A stretch of DNA of 64,000 bases, taken from Paramecium tetraurelia. Lineage: Eukaryota. A program made the translations under genes and the position numbers. The stretch is from assembly GCA_000165425.1 (NCBI GenBank), contig CT868318.1, positions 62,001-126,000 on the forward strand, in the 5' to 3' direction. The notes below the pieces were generated by a model. The model was not told where the DNA came from and ran no database searches. It was given only the letters and a program-made list of their open reading frames with translations. Positions within the stretch are counted from its first letter, which is position 1. Every line of letters begins with the position of its first letter. This document shows, piece after piece, positions 14,001 through 27,170 of the stretch.

Positions 14001-15637
14001 CCAGATGCTAAATCTTAAAGTAAGAATGGTTCAGCTGGATATGTGACCATGCTAGGGAAGGGATCATGACCCAAATCATAAATATTAGCATCTTCAATAG
14101 GCAACACTTAGTAATTAATTTCACTACTGCATGTTTTAGTGCCATCAGTTCCATAAAATTTGATTGTTGATTTTTCTATTTGCACTGAATTCTCGGATGC
14201 CAAATATCCATCACTCAATTCATACCTTCTGGTTAAAGTGGATGAGACTACAATAACATCAGGAGCGAAAGGATTTACTAAAATAGTTTCAGAAATCAAT
14301 ATCTCTGAGTGGAGTAAATAGGGCAGTTCCATATTATACAAGTATAACTTTTATTAATGCACTACAACCACATACTTATCACTGAATGAGACTGAAACTG
14401 GAAAAGATGCTTTGAATGGTAAATGGTATCCATTCCTTTAAGCTGATGCCACAGTGATTAACAAATTGGATTCATACAAAACAGTCAAGGCCAATTCTGG
14501 ATATCCATCCTCATCCAGCATCTCCACAACATCAAAACCATAAGCTTTTTAATTGAGAGTTTGAATTGTTTTAACGTAAACCCATTATCCCTCCTCTGTC
14601 ACTTGATAGACATATACTCCCTAATCAGCATCCAAAATATAAACATCGCCATTGGGTTACACTTTGAAATCAATCAAAGTGAAATTAACAGTTTGTTTAG
14701 TGTCTGCACTTATTTTAGCTTTGTCTAATACACTAGTATCCTTCATTGTTCCATTATCCAATCTAATTAATAAATCAATGGAGCAGTCGGTATCCAACAC
14801 TGTTTAGTTTCCTGTTTCAGAATTAAAGGCTTATTGTCCTCTTAGTAGCATTCGAATAGGTTAAGGAGGTTGTGGACGATCAACTCCAACTCCGATTTGT
14901 TCTCCAGTTCCTCTTTTGTAATAAACATGATATTAGATTTTCCTTCCTTTCACTTATTTATATTATTTGCGATTGAGCACCTCTTATCTTTTGGCACCAG
15001 CAGTACCAGGATTGTCTAATTAGTCAACCTAATATAGATAATTTTTCATTGGTTATGTAGGAGTGGCATCATTCCTTTCAGCACAATCGACTATCCATAA
15101 GTCAGGATTGATATATTCAATATCAAAACAATCTATAATTGCATTGCTATTTGTCAATTACACCTTTTAAGAAAATGAAGGAGTCTTAGCCATATCCAAT
15201 ACATTTCTATATAGATTATTCCAATTTATTACCCTTATTAGTAATATATGTCGTATATGTTTTTTTTGTCATCCCATTCCAAAAATGCAAACGAGTTTGT
15301 CCACGCTCCGGAACTTGCTGTGTCGTAAGCTCTTATTGCACCTGTCTAAATTAAAGCTATGAAGACTAATCAATTGATCATACTTCCATAATGAGGCTCT
15401 TCCTCAGATATTTAATCGAAGGCAGGATGATATCTCATAATAGTTGAGTTTGGTATCAAAGTGTATTAAAGTCCATTTCCTGTAATTAATGAGTCTGCCC
15501 TCCATCTAATCTGTTCACCTTTCGATGTGTAATATGTAACATTCTACTGCTTAGTCTCTACAATTGACAAATAGCATACCACACCATTGATAAGAAGATT
15601 CAATTAGCAAAATCAGTGAGATAATTCCACAAAGCAT
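11040..15637 (-). CDS. Large type I membrane protein (~1499 aa), beta-rich ectodomain, paralog B
   Basis: Signal peptide MLCGIISLILLIESSYQ; four introns (22, 26, 25, 25 nt) at the same positions as paralog A; TM LVWLWILLGILGGLAILGGAFFVYI; tail KFFKKGSQVSSSAKVSLMNQ. Confidence 0.9.
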
Positions 15638-16531
15638 TTTTTATATTAATTAAAATTTCTTAAGAAACCGGAATATTATCAATAGTGGCATTATTCAAAC
15701 AACATATATTTATAAATTTTTAACATTGTTCCACAATCTAAGCTCATAATTTGAATATAAGCTATTGGAGCTAAGCTATGATTCCTCTTTCATGAAAAGA
15801 AAGTTTTAATACTAACTTGAATCAATTTTTTTAAATCAAATAGGTAAGTGATGAATTTAGAATGTTTTCACTTGAAAAACACAACATCCTTAGTGTCTAG
15901 AATTTAAAGATGTTATGAAAAGTACTTAAATGAATATTTTAATATTATTTAGAAATAAAATATCTATTCTCATTCAGAAGGGGTGATGGCAGAAAATCAA
16001 AAAATTTGAATATAATAAATTCTCTTTATGGAGCATATTTATATATCTATTAGTTTATTTCATTTCTTATTGCATTAAGATATTATAGGATACATTATAT
16101 TTTCATTAATATGACAGCCTTGCTTTTGGTAATTGTTATCAAGACTAATTAACTTAAGTGAACAAGGATTTTGCTTATTGTGTTTGCTATTTTAATTAAA
16201 ATGATGCAAAACTGTTTGAATTAAATACAAGATAGCAATTATATAAAAAATTTATCAAAAAAAAGATTGAAAACTATATAAGTTTAATTTAACTAATGGT
16301 ATATTAAGAGACTAAATTGAATCATAGAAAATATGAGGCTCCAGCAATGAAGTTATTTTAATAGATATATATATCAATAATGCATTTGAATCATAATAGA
16401 GACTAGATAATAGTGAGATTTGAGTATAAAATAGATTGCTTAATGAAATTTTTCTGGTCATATCTGATTCAAATATAAAAATTAGTGAATTGATTAGCGA
16501 AATTTATGAAAAAATATTATTAATTGAAAAA

Positions 16532-17482
16532 ATGTTTAGAAAATCTGAAAAGGATATAAAAAATGAGGCTATTCAATAAGCGGTTCCAGAGGAAAAATAT
16601 AGAAAGCCAAGTCCGTTAGGAGGGAATAAATGGGATGAAGAGGATTTCTTATAATTTTATGGAGTCTAAAAAGATCAATAAATTAAGCTTCACACTTACA
16701 GATGCAAAACAACATCATCTGACCCAAAATCTGTAACTGTATTTTTTCATGGGCTCAATGAGCATCTTGGATTATATGCTCACATTGCTTAGGCCGTCAG
16801 TAAATAAGCGAATAGCGTAGTAGTTGGATTTGATTTTAGAGGATTTGGCAAAAGTTAAGGATTAAGAGGCTGGGTGGAATCCAGAGAATAACTAATGAAT
16901 GATTGTTCTCGATTCATCTTACAGATTAGAACAATGTATCCAAGATTGCCACTATTTGCTCTTGGTTAGTCTATGGGTGGAATGGCATCTTACTTAATGG
17001 GATAAAATGATTTGTGTGAAGGAACTGTCTTGATAACACCTGCCATAATGGATAATTATTATAATGAACCTTTTATGAAAAAATTGGGATTGTGCTTTGG
17101 TGTATGTTTTCCAACTTGGAATCCATTCCCACCTGTTGTGGTGACTGGATCAAGAAATCCATAAATTTTAGAGGAGAATTTAAAGGATCCATATTGTACT
17201 TAGGTAGCAGTATTGCCAGGAACAGGTAGAGTACTTGTGTCAACAATGAGATCCCTTCCATAAACTTTCACTTAATATAAAAAACCATTTTTAGTGATAT
17301 CAGCAGGAATGGATTAGATTGTAGATCCTGATGTAGGTCATGAACTCATGAAGTAAAGTCCTTCTTAAGATAAACAGCTAATCCATTATGAGAACATGTG
17401 GCATGATTGTGTTTAGGAGTAGGAAATACATGAAATCATACCCAAAATTGTAGACTGGATATCATAAAGATCACTTAAGTGA
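16532..17482 (+). CDS. Alpha/beta hydrolase, monoacylglycerol lipase / lysophospholipase family
   Basis: VFFHGLNEH, GFDFRGFGKSQG, nucleophile GQSMGG, DQIVD acid and MWHD His; intronless 316 aa. Confidence 0.92.
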
Positions 17483-17578
17483 TGTATAATTATTTATTTT
17501 TAAATATGATACCAAAATTAAAGTCTAAAATCTAATTTATAGTAATTTAAATCCTTTGTTAAATATAAGCACTCATAT

Positions 17579-18541
17579 TCAATTAATGTTTTTTGTTCTT
17601 CCTACATTGAGCATATCCTTAAAATGTTCATAAAAAAAAAAATAAATAGCTTTCGAAGGCATTCCCTTAAGCACTGAAGCTGAGATCCCTTTATAAAATC
17701 CTCTCAAGCCTTCATGTTCTAAGATTTTATTGGCTATATCAAAGTTATTTTTATATTTTGGATTATCTGTTCCTATATATTAATTTTATATAATTCTAGT
17801 TTTAATTGTGGTCATTGGATAAGTGCAAAAAATAGCGAATCCTTTGGAAAATCCTCCAGCTATAAACGAATTGAAATCTTTATGTTGTTCAAATTGAGTC
17901 AAAAGAGACAGGCACCATTCATAACAATTGATTTGAATCATTCCATGACATGAAGTGAGTAAGGCCATTTTAAGACCTCTATAAAAACCCAAGACTCCAT
18001 GTTGATTATATATTTGCTGAACAGTAAATCTGACATTTTCGAAACCCTTGAATGAGCATTTAATTATTACATTCATTTTTCCAACATTTAATTGCAGTCT
18101 TGTTAGAGTAACCCACAAAGGCTATGTCATTATTTGCGCAAGAAGGGAGGCATATATGGAGGCAATCAAAATTCCTTTTTTAGAACCATGTCCAAAATAG
18201 GAATTACATTCTTCTTTTTTGCTTTCATAACTATTGTTAGATGTACAAAATACAAAACGAAAAATAGAACTCTTGCTATGCTATTGGCACACAATGACCA
18301 AAATATTCCTTTGGTAAATCCTTTGAGACCTTCTTCTTTATATATTTATTTAATTGCATTTGATATACTGCCATATTTAGGTACTAAATTTTTTTGAGTC
18401 TGACCATCATGACCTTTTTAAAAATTGAAAAAGTTGGATACTTTGCATTCTTGTCTTGATGATGTCGAGTGGGTGGAGGAATTGCACGCAAATAGTGGCT
18501 CCTTGGGATGCTATAGCAAATCTTAGATCATTTTATTTCAT
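17579..18541 (-). CDS. Mitochondrial carrier (SLC25 family, folate/FAD carrier-like)
   Basis: Three carrier signature repeats: HPLDIIKTRMQ, QPLWVTLTRLQ, YPMTTIKTRI; EGLKGFTKG / GFYRG / GFYKG; one intron near 18415-18443. Confidence 0.9.
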
Positions 18542-18548
18542 TTTAATA

Positions 18549-19589
18549 ATGAGGAACATAAACTCCGAATATTAAGTTGGAAGAATGATTTCATGCGGAA
18601 CATTTGGTTAGGTGTTTGAAGGCATGCATATCTAGAAAAAAACTAAAGTTGTGATTAAAAGAGAAATTGGAAAAAGGCAAACGCTGAAATAGGAGAAAAA
18701 AATTCTTAAATCGTTATAAGGAATCAAGGGAGTGCCTAAATTCCATTTTTCAGGCCAGCTCAATGGAGCAGACATTATTATTCTTGAAAATTTGGAAAGC
18801 GATCTGGCCTTTCAGAGGAGAGCTCACAGCAAATTATCTTTAAAAACTGTTTTACAAATTGCACTCCAATCTGTAGGGATTCTTAAGTAGATTCATGGTC
18901 GAAGAATCATACATCGAGATCTGAAACCGGAGAATATTATGATAGGTGGACAATATAAAGGACAGATTTATATTATTGATTATGGCATCAGTAAATTTTA
19001 TATGAACAAGGGATAACAAATTCCATTCAGAAAAGATAAATACTTTGTAGGCACGATCAAATATGCATCTATATCTTCTCATTTAGGGCACGAGTAGTCC
19101 CCCAAAGATGATATAGAATCATTATTGTATGTGTTGGTGGAATTATTTAATGGAGAGTTACCATGGGAAGCCTATTAAAATGCAGAGGTAACTGGTAAAC
19201 TCAAATAGTAAATAACGGATACTCAATTATTTAAAGGATTGCCACAATAATTTAATTAAATATATTTGTAATGCGATATTAATATTTTAAGGTACATTAG
19301 AAAATTACCTTATCATTAAAACCCAAATTATGACAACATTTTGAAAGTTCTAGAAAGCATAGCCACTGATCTGGACATCAAAATTGATGAGCACTTTGAG
19401 TGGAATAAATTCGACACACATCTATTGGATACTTTTAACATTCTTAAATCCTAAATTGTCTCTACCTCCCCATGGATTAATGACAGCCAGGTGAATTATG
19501 AATCAGAGGAGGATGAAGAAGAAGAAACTTTAGAATAGAAATTGTCTAAAATCAACAACTTATTAGAGTTTGATAACCCTTTAATATGA
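18549..19589 (+). CDS. Casein kinase 1-like Ser/Thr kinase
   Basis: ISCGTFGQV, VVIK, IHRDLKPENI, IIDYGISK, FVGTIKYASISSH, SPKDDIES, LPW; probable intron 19268-19291; TGA 19587-19589. Confidence 0.92.
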
Positions 19590-19604
19590 ACTTTTTATTA
19601 TTTA

Positions 19605-20430
19605 TCAAAATTCAATTGGTTTCCATCCATGAACTTCCCAATCGTTCCAATACCATAAATTTAATACAATTACAAATCCTAAGTTAAATCCAGTATGCGC
19701 TAAAATGGCTGTCAATACACCAGAGTTACGAATATATGAAAACTTTCTACTGAAAATTACGAAAGGTATTCCACAGAATATGGCATACATGAATTTACTA
19801 TGTTGTTATATTAATTCATATACCTGGTCACAACTGCAAAAATGAATACATATAATAATCCGTAATGAATTGCAACTATCCAAATAATCCATTCTTTAGG
19901 ATTAGTGTAAGTTAACCCTCCTGCTAAGCCACTCTGCAAAAATTACCTCCAAAAGAATTCCTCTAAAAATGGATCCAAAAGCAGCATTATTACTGAAATC
20001 TAAGCATATTTGTAATCTCTACCACTATAATTTCAGTATTAGCCATATAAAAGAAATTGATTCGATGAAATGACCAGAATGGAACATAACTGAGTGAAAT
20101 GAAGAATGACAAAAAGGAAATTGTTAAGCAAATACCAAACCAAAACATTCCTTTGTTTATTTACTCGCTTTTTTCAAAGGCAATTTTAGCAAAACTTGAA
20201 GATAGCCTTGTAACATGGGTAGAAAACTTATCCACACTATTTGTTAACTAAAAACATTACTATAACAACAATCCTGGTATGATTAAATAGCAAAAGAGTA
20301 AAATTATTAATAAAGCTATCATTGGATATCCGTATTTCCAAAAGACAACTCCTGTAACAACTGAAGGTAGCAACATTGAGACCTCTAAATATATAAATTT
20401 CCATGGAGGCAACTCACCCGTAGCGTCCAT
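19605..20430 (-). CDS. CPBP / CAAX protease (Abi family) multi-pass membrane protein
   Basis: Many hydrophobic segments, PFLEEFFWR motif, YGLLY/H segment, AILAHTGFN motif; tiny introns. Confidence 0.8.
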
Positions 20431-20740
20431 TATTTAATTTTATTATCAACTTATTTAAACTATAAAAGAAGATTTAATCAAAAGATTATTTTAATAGCAA
20501 AAACTTATGAAAAAACATAAATTATTAATAAAATTCCATTATATAATTTGTTTCATGAAATTACACTTCTAAACCTTTAATCTAAACCAAAATACTGAAG
20601 AGTTGAATTCATGAAAATTAAATTATTTCCAAATATTATCAATAAACATCGAAATGAATTAAACTAATGAATTTCAGACTACAATATTAGTGTAATTGTT
20701 GTACTAAATTTTTACTATTTTTTAAAATAAAATTATTAAA

Positions 20741-21781
20741 ATGTTTGAAATATCAAATTGCATTTCATTGAAAAGAGAACATTTAAGAGTTTCAATTAGA
20801 AGATAAAAAAATGAAGAAATATTTTCCAAAAGTAGGAAGGTTATCCAAACTGATAATGCCGCATTAATGAATTATTTAATTATGAGAAATGAAGATGAAG
20901 TAATCTTCAATCTCAGAGAATTCATTGAGAATAGAAGCCAGCATATATATGAATCTCAATAAATCTTGAAGTGGTTATTAGAATATGAAAAATTGAATTA
21001 ATCAAACTAAGCACAACAACTAACATTATTTTTTTTGCATCAAGTTTCCCTCAATATAGAAGTAAATTTTCACTTAAAAATCAGGTAAAATATATTAAAT
21101 TAGCAGCATCCCTATTGAAATAACTATGCTTTTAAGATGAAGAGGCATTGATTCTAACTACCAGACTCAGTCATAAATCCACTATGCGTTCATAAATTTT
21201 GTACAATTCATTTTAACATTAGTATTAATGAATTATCAAATGAAGATTTTATAATTGATCTTATGGGAAGCCAACTCAATACTCTTGAACTAATATGTAA
21301 TATTATGGCTGATGAATAATTCATATACTTAATGTTTAGTAAACATCCCTACTTTTTGGACTTTTTTGTTGCTAAATTACATGATTTAAGATCTTGCTAA
21401 ATGGCAATAGACCTATTGTACGATATGGCCAACTCAGAAAAGCTTTGCCCAATAATTGCAAATAAAAATTTGATTCACGATTTAGTATTGTTGATCCCTT
21501 CATAAAGGATACTAGAAATTCTTATATTAATACACCAAAACTCATATAATGCTGAACTATTAGAAGAGACTAATCTTATAAAATATTATATTGAACTTCT
21601 GGATTAAAAAATGTTTTTAGCAGAAGTCTTATTTTTAATGAACTTTATGTTAGATTCAAAGCTAAACCAATTTCTTTTAAAATAACTATTAGTTCGAAAG
21701 AAACACATTTAAGATTTATGCTACTCTTAAAATCAATAAGTTAATTAATTAGCAACAATTATTGTCGATAAATACTTATGA
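20741..21781 (+). CDS. Short importin-alpha-like protein (IBB-like N-terminus + ARM-like helices)
   Basis: KREHLRVSIRRQKNEEIFSKSR resembles the IBB motif; helical Leu-rich remainder; tiny introns; TGA 21779-21781. Confidence 0.55.
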
Positions 21782-21801
21782 TTTATATATTATTAAATTT
21801 A

Positions 21802-22481
21802 TCATGAAAAGAATAGTTAATTTGATCGTTTTTTAGGTTAAGATGAAAATGCTCTGAGCTCTGTCTTCAAAGTTTTTATTTCATTTGATAACTCAGAATA
21901 CATTTTATTCCAAATAGTCCTTTACTATTTCAAATCTTATTGAGTCTAAAATGTTATAGAATTATATAGGTACTTATTATCTGAGTTACTTTTCTTAAAC
22001 TAACTATTCTTATAATACATTTATGGTAGATTCTCTGTCTTTTATTTATTTTTCAAGAATCTCTACTTTTTAATAATTATTATTATTATTATTGTTATTC
22101 CAATTTTCTTTATCTTGGAAGAATAGAGATCTATCTTATTTTTCCTTTTGGAGTCCCTCGATTTTTCCTCTAAGAGATTAAATATCTTGAATGTAATCAG
22201 TGGAAATTTAACTCAATTAATTATGGGTCTGAGAAATTGAAGGTCGGCATCTATAGGATCTATTAGTTTCATTAAAATCAAGTCTAGGTGGTTTTGCATT
22301 TGTACTGACAATAAATTCAGGTGAAATACCCAACTAAATATTTTTAATCTAATTTTATGCTTTGATTCTTTCTACTTCCAATTTATTTAGATTTTTTGGT
22401 TTCTATTATTTTTTAAAGTTTTCCAATGGTTTTTTCTTGCAAAGCAATGACTTCTGCTAATTGTTTGACCTTTTTAGACAT
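21802..22481 (-). CDS. Coiled-coil hypothetical protein (~208 aa)
   Basis: MSKKVKQLAEVIALQEKTIGKLQ...; two inferred introns (25 and 28 nt) give a multiple of 3; poly-Gln TAA run. Confidence 0.65.
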
Positions 22482-23298
22482 AATTGACTGTTAATTTCAA
22501 ATTTAATAAATAATTAATGAACTTTGAATTTAATGATGTGTTTAGAGTACATGTAATTGAGCGTAGAAAAAATTGATAAAAAATATGGTTATTTGTGTAG
22601 ATTAATTTTATTTCTTGTGATACAGAACAAACTAACCAAATACTTTATTATTTTAGTATTTAAAAAAATGAAATTGTTCTCTTAGCAAAATAAGAAAAGA
22701 AATAATAGTGAAGAATAATTTAAACTTTGGAATTACATTCAAATAGAGATGCTGCTTAAAAATATTTCAGAAATGAGTAATGGAAATTTAAGTAACCAAT
22801 TAGTTGCAAAGGCAGTAAAGAATAGAATTTATAAATAATAGGATATTAAAATTTAGTTACCAAAATCATATAGTTAAATTAAGACTAACCAAATTAAGAT
22901 ACTAATATTTCTTCTATTGAAAGTTATTTCTCTTTAGAAACTAAAATTCAAGATAATTGGTTTAGATTATAATTTCAAAATTGGTTTAATAATCATTAAA
23001 ATGCATATATTTATCTTTTATATACTTTAAAATTAATGGAGGTCATTTACTCAACTTAATTCCAAGCAATTTTAAGAATAACTATAATTAATTTGATAGG
23101 ATAGGAAAGCAAATGAATAAATTATTCATCAGATATTTTCTATAATCACATAAAAACTACTGGATTTCTTAATTAGAATTGGGTTAAATAGTCCATAAAT
23201 ATATATATATTTTTTAAGAAACAATTAATTGTATTCCAAAAATCCTAAAATAATTCTTAGTTGAAAATTGATAGAATAACTTTATATGATACTAAATA

Positions 23299-23763
23299 TC
23301 AATCTTAAGGAATCTAAATTTTTAGGTTTTTCTTCTTGATTCCAACAGATTATTTATACCCACTCTAGATTCCCTAATCATCTTTTTCATTATTATTCGG
23401 AGAATACGATTATTATTAGTTTATGATTTCCCTTTCTAACTTATCCATATCATCATAATATATTTTCCCATTTTTTTTAGTTTGACCCTCTTAATCTTAT
23501 TAATCAATGGGGTGAGTTTTTGTAAATGAACTTGATTAATTTTATAATTAGGGTTAAGTATTGATATTATCGCCCCGACTCTCAAGCTTTCTATCGCAAG
23601 AATTCACATATTATTGCAGTTTATGTATTTCTTCTTCAAGCTTTTTACTTTTATTTTTTCTTCTGAATCGTTGTAAAATTAAAAACGCTATCAAACCTAC
23701 GAAAAAAGACACTAGAATGCATACGATTATCCATATTTCCGTTTCATTTGAATCGTCTCCCAT
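23299..23763 (-). CDS. Small protein with N-terminal transmembrane helix (154 aa)
   Basis: MGDDSNETEIWIIVCILVSFFVGLIAFLILQRFRRKNK; open to TGA 23299-23301. Confidence 0.75.
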
Positions 23764-24089
23764 AATAATACCAGGGTGAAAAATTAGACAATATAATTAT
23801 TATCAATTTTATTGTTTAAAAAAAGAAAAATAGAATGTATTAGTTTGAATTTTAAATACATTACCTGAAATTATTCTAGAACATGAATACTGTTATTAAA
23901 ATTATATAACAGTAGCAACATAAATATCCATGTTTGATATAAATATAAATTATATAAGTATAAGAATGAGAAAAACTTTCTATATTAAAGATTATCTTTA
24001 TTAAGAAATTCAAGAAACTAAGAAATGAAAATGTTAAAATATGAGGCGTATTGTTACTGTAAATTATTTTATGAATATAATTCTAAGTC

Positions 24090-25059
24090 TCAGGCATAGA
24101 GCTTAATAGTTCCATCATTAAGACCAATTATCAAAGCATTTTTATTTTTTGAAACACTAGCACTACTAATTCTTTATTAAAACTCTATTGTTTGTGAGAT
24201 CTTAATTTCTTCATTGTCTTATTTCCATAAATTCATTTGCTTTGAAAATCCTATCTCTATGAATGTTTTTCCTCCATCCAAAAATAGAATTTAAGAGAGA
24301 GATGAACCAGAATCCTAAGTCTCTCCCAAACACTTCATATCACCTTATTCTAAATCAACACCATATTGCTTATACTTCTTATTTGATCCAAGTATCAAAA
24401 TTCTATCAAATGATCCAAAAATAGAATAAATTGTGATGTTGTTTGTAAATATTTTAAAAAATTCATATCTTTTCAAATTTTGGTTGAATTTGAACATCTA
24501 AATTTTAACACTTTAATTTGAGCAAATCAAATAAGATTCAATAAATATAATATTGAGCCATTCATTCTAATTTGCATCACAAATTTATTAGAATTATTAA
24601 AACAATCCTTTGGAATGATGGTAAACAATTAAAGAGCCATCAGATTAAGAACCTAATTTAACAAAAATAATTACAAGCAAAATGATTCAATTATTAATTA
24701 ACATTACTAATTCTAGTAAAGTGGCTTGATGATATGATATACTATATTCTCACAATTTTCCAATTTCTTGTTTCAACTCTGTATATTATGAGTACTCCAG
24801 GTTCCCAACAAGTCACAATTGTACTAATATCTTCACAAACATTTATTCCTAAATTGCTCTCACAACGACAAAAAAGGAATAATCTTGTACATCTTGCCCT
24901 TAGATCATATATTTTCAATTTATAATATTCGCCTAAACCATAGATATATTACCCTTTTTAATCAAAATATAAAGCACTGATGCTGATAATGCATTGTTAA
25001 TAAATATCAATGCTTTGTATTTCTTGAAGTTAAAATTCTTTTTGAGAAAATTTAGTCAT
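24090..25059 (-). CDS. Divergent WD40-like beta-propeller protein
   Basis: Blade-like motifs (KLKIYDLR, GSQSDGSLIVY, IGLNDGTIKLYA); tiny introns; TGA 24090-24092. Confidence 0.6.
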
Positions 25060-25652
25060 CCTACTTAATTTAAAACTAATAATAAAATAAACAATTTAAT
25101 TTATCAACAAAATACATGTTGAAATTTAAGTTCAATGATTAATTGGTTATTAAGGAGAAGGAGGATTTAATTTATAATAAAAATATATTCGAAATATAAT
25201 TAAATATTCATTAATTTCAATATCTCACAAGATTAAAGAAAAAGTACATAATAATTCTAAGAAATAAATAATTAATAATTATTTAATTGAAAGCTTGAAT
25301 TGATGAAGTATATTTTTTTAATTTTAGATTTATAGCTAATAAAAATTAGATTTTATATAATTCTATAAATGAAATAAACTGATAATTCTAATCCGCAATA
25401 GATTAATGATGATGTTAACATATAATAGTTTAGTTAAGTACCTTCTCTCAAGCATTTTCTCAGTTATTGTAATTTCAAATCAATATGCCATAAGAAAAAA
25501 GGTCAACTTTAGTTAGTTCCAATAAATTTGCCAAAAGAAAGAACCCCAACTTGAAAATGTGGTTGATATTGGATATATTAATTAATTAATAAACTTAATT
25601 TCAATTACCATATAGAATATTTACTAATATAAAATATATCATATAAGAATTA

Positions 25653-26931
25653 ATGAGTGAATTAATTTAGTTAAATGCAGGGTGGAATTCAAATGAGATA
25701 AGTCTGAAATATTTAGAAAAACTAATACAAGATCATCATTTATCACAATAATAAATGAACAATAGAGAAAATAAGGACTAATTTTTCGAGAGAATATCCA
25801 CTTGTTTTGAGGAACATGAGAAATATAGAAGTTTTAGAGGAGTGTTTTTAGATGAATAGCAATGTAAGATTAGATTTAAATTTAACAGCTATGGATTAAA
25901 TTCTGACAATGTAAGATTAAGGGTTCATAGATCCTAATTACATGATTGGTAAAAATGTTTATTTGGATGGTACTTATTATCAAGGGAAAAATATATTTGC
26001 TCAAGTATATCAACAAGAATTTGAAGATAAGTTGAGATAAATATATGAGAACTCAGATCAATTGTTTGGTTGCAATCTTATTCATTCACTTTCTGATAAA
26101 TTTTGTGGAATATCAATGCAATTAATGCCATCTTTGGAGAGTTAATTATTTTTTAGTTCCACATCAATATTTCCGAATCTGTAATCTTGTTCAGCAATTG
26201 AAATCTATAATACAATCCTTTCACTCAACTAATTGATATTTAATTGTAATTATTGTATGGTCTATGATTACAACTCTTTGAGCAAGAGAGTTTAAGAATA
26301 ATATAAATATCCAACTCAATCAAATTGTCATGACATTATTGCTGAAACATTGCTTTAAAATAATTGTTCAATGAGATTCCCTGGTTATCAAAATGGAGAT
26401 CTAAGAAAGTTGGCTGTTAATTTAATTTCATTTCCGAGGATGCATTTTTTATCAAATGCTTTCTGTGTTATAAGTCCTTCTAAGATTTTGAGTAATTAGA
26501 TTTATAAGCTAACCGAGCCTGCCAATTAGAATTTTACATTCTCAGAGGATGCCAAAAATTTTTATAGAATGTAGGCAACTGTAAGTAGAACCAAAAATTT
26601 GTATTATGAAATATAAGAGTCTACATCCAAATGTAAAAATACGACAGCTTGGGTTAAAGATGGTTTTTGTAATATCAATTGCAAGGTCGAGCACTATGAA
26701 TTGGGAGATACTGTTTTGTATATTGGTCACCACAATTATTTTGGGATGTATTGCAGAGAGTTATGTTTAAAATTTTTGTAATAATGGAGAAGAAAGGCTT
26801 ACTTTCATTATTATGCATCTGAAGGAGCAGACGAATTAGATTTCGTTGAGGCTGAATCTTCAGTGTCAGATCTATTCTCTGAATATATTAGTTATGACAT
26901 CACAGACTAGGAATCGAATGGTTTGGATTGA
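25653..26931 (+). CDS. Highly divergent beta-like tubulin (417 aa)
   Basis: [37 protein letters not shown] and [30 protein letters not shown] match beta-tubulin motifs; one 25-nt intron 25864-25888; GGGTGSG absent. Confidence 0.9.
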
Positions 26932-27170
26932 TTAATTTAATAGCTATTTTGCATGTCACTTTATGAATATTATAACCATTTTTGTATTTTGATAATTTCA
27001 TTACTAAAGAATCTGATTGGCTTAGTATGAGGAGAATAGGGGTTACCAGTAGTCAATATGGGAAAATGGCATCTCAATGATTGTGTGTAGAAAGTAGCTA
27101 TTTTTATAACAATTATACTATATATGTCTTTTCAGACGTCATTAATCAATTATTATAATCATAAGTAGTG

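Noticed and set aside
15980..16500. Possible gene upstream of the lipase
   Set aside because: No consistent ATG-intron-TGA model found.
22070..22100. (TTA)n microsatellite
   Set aside because: It is a poly-Gln TAA codon run in a minus-strand gene.
22668..23100. Possible ~140-codon plus-strand ORF under the ciliate code
   Set aside because: Extremely AT-rich with no motif; long TGA-free frames arise by chance with a single stop codon.
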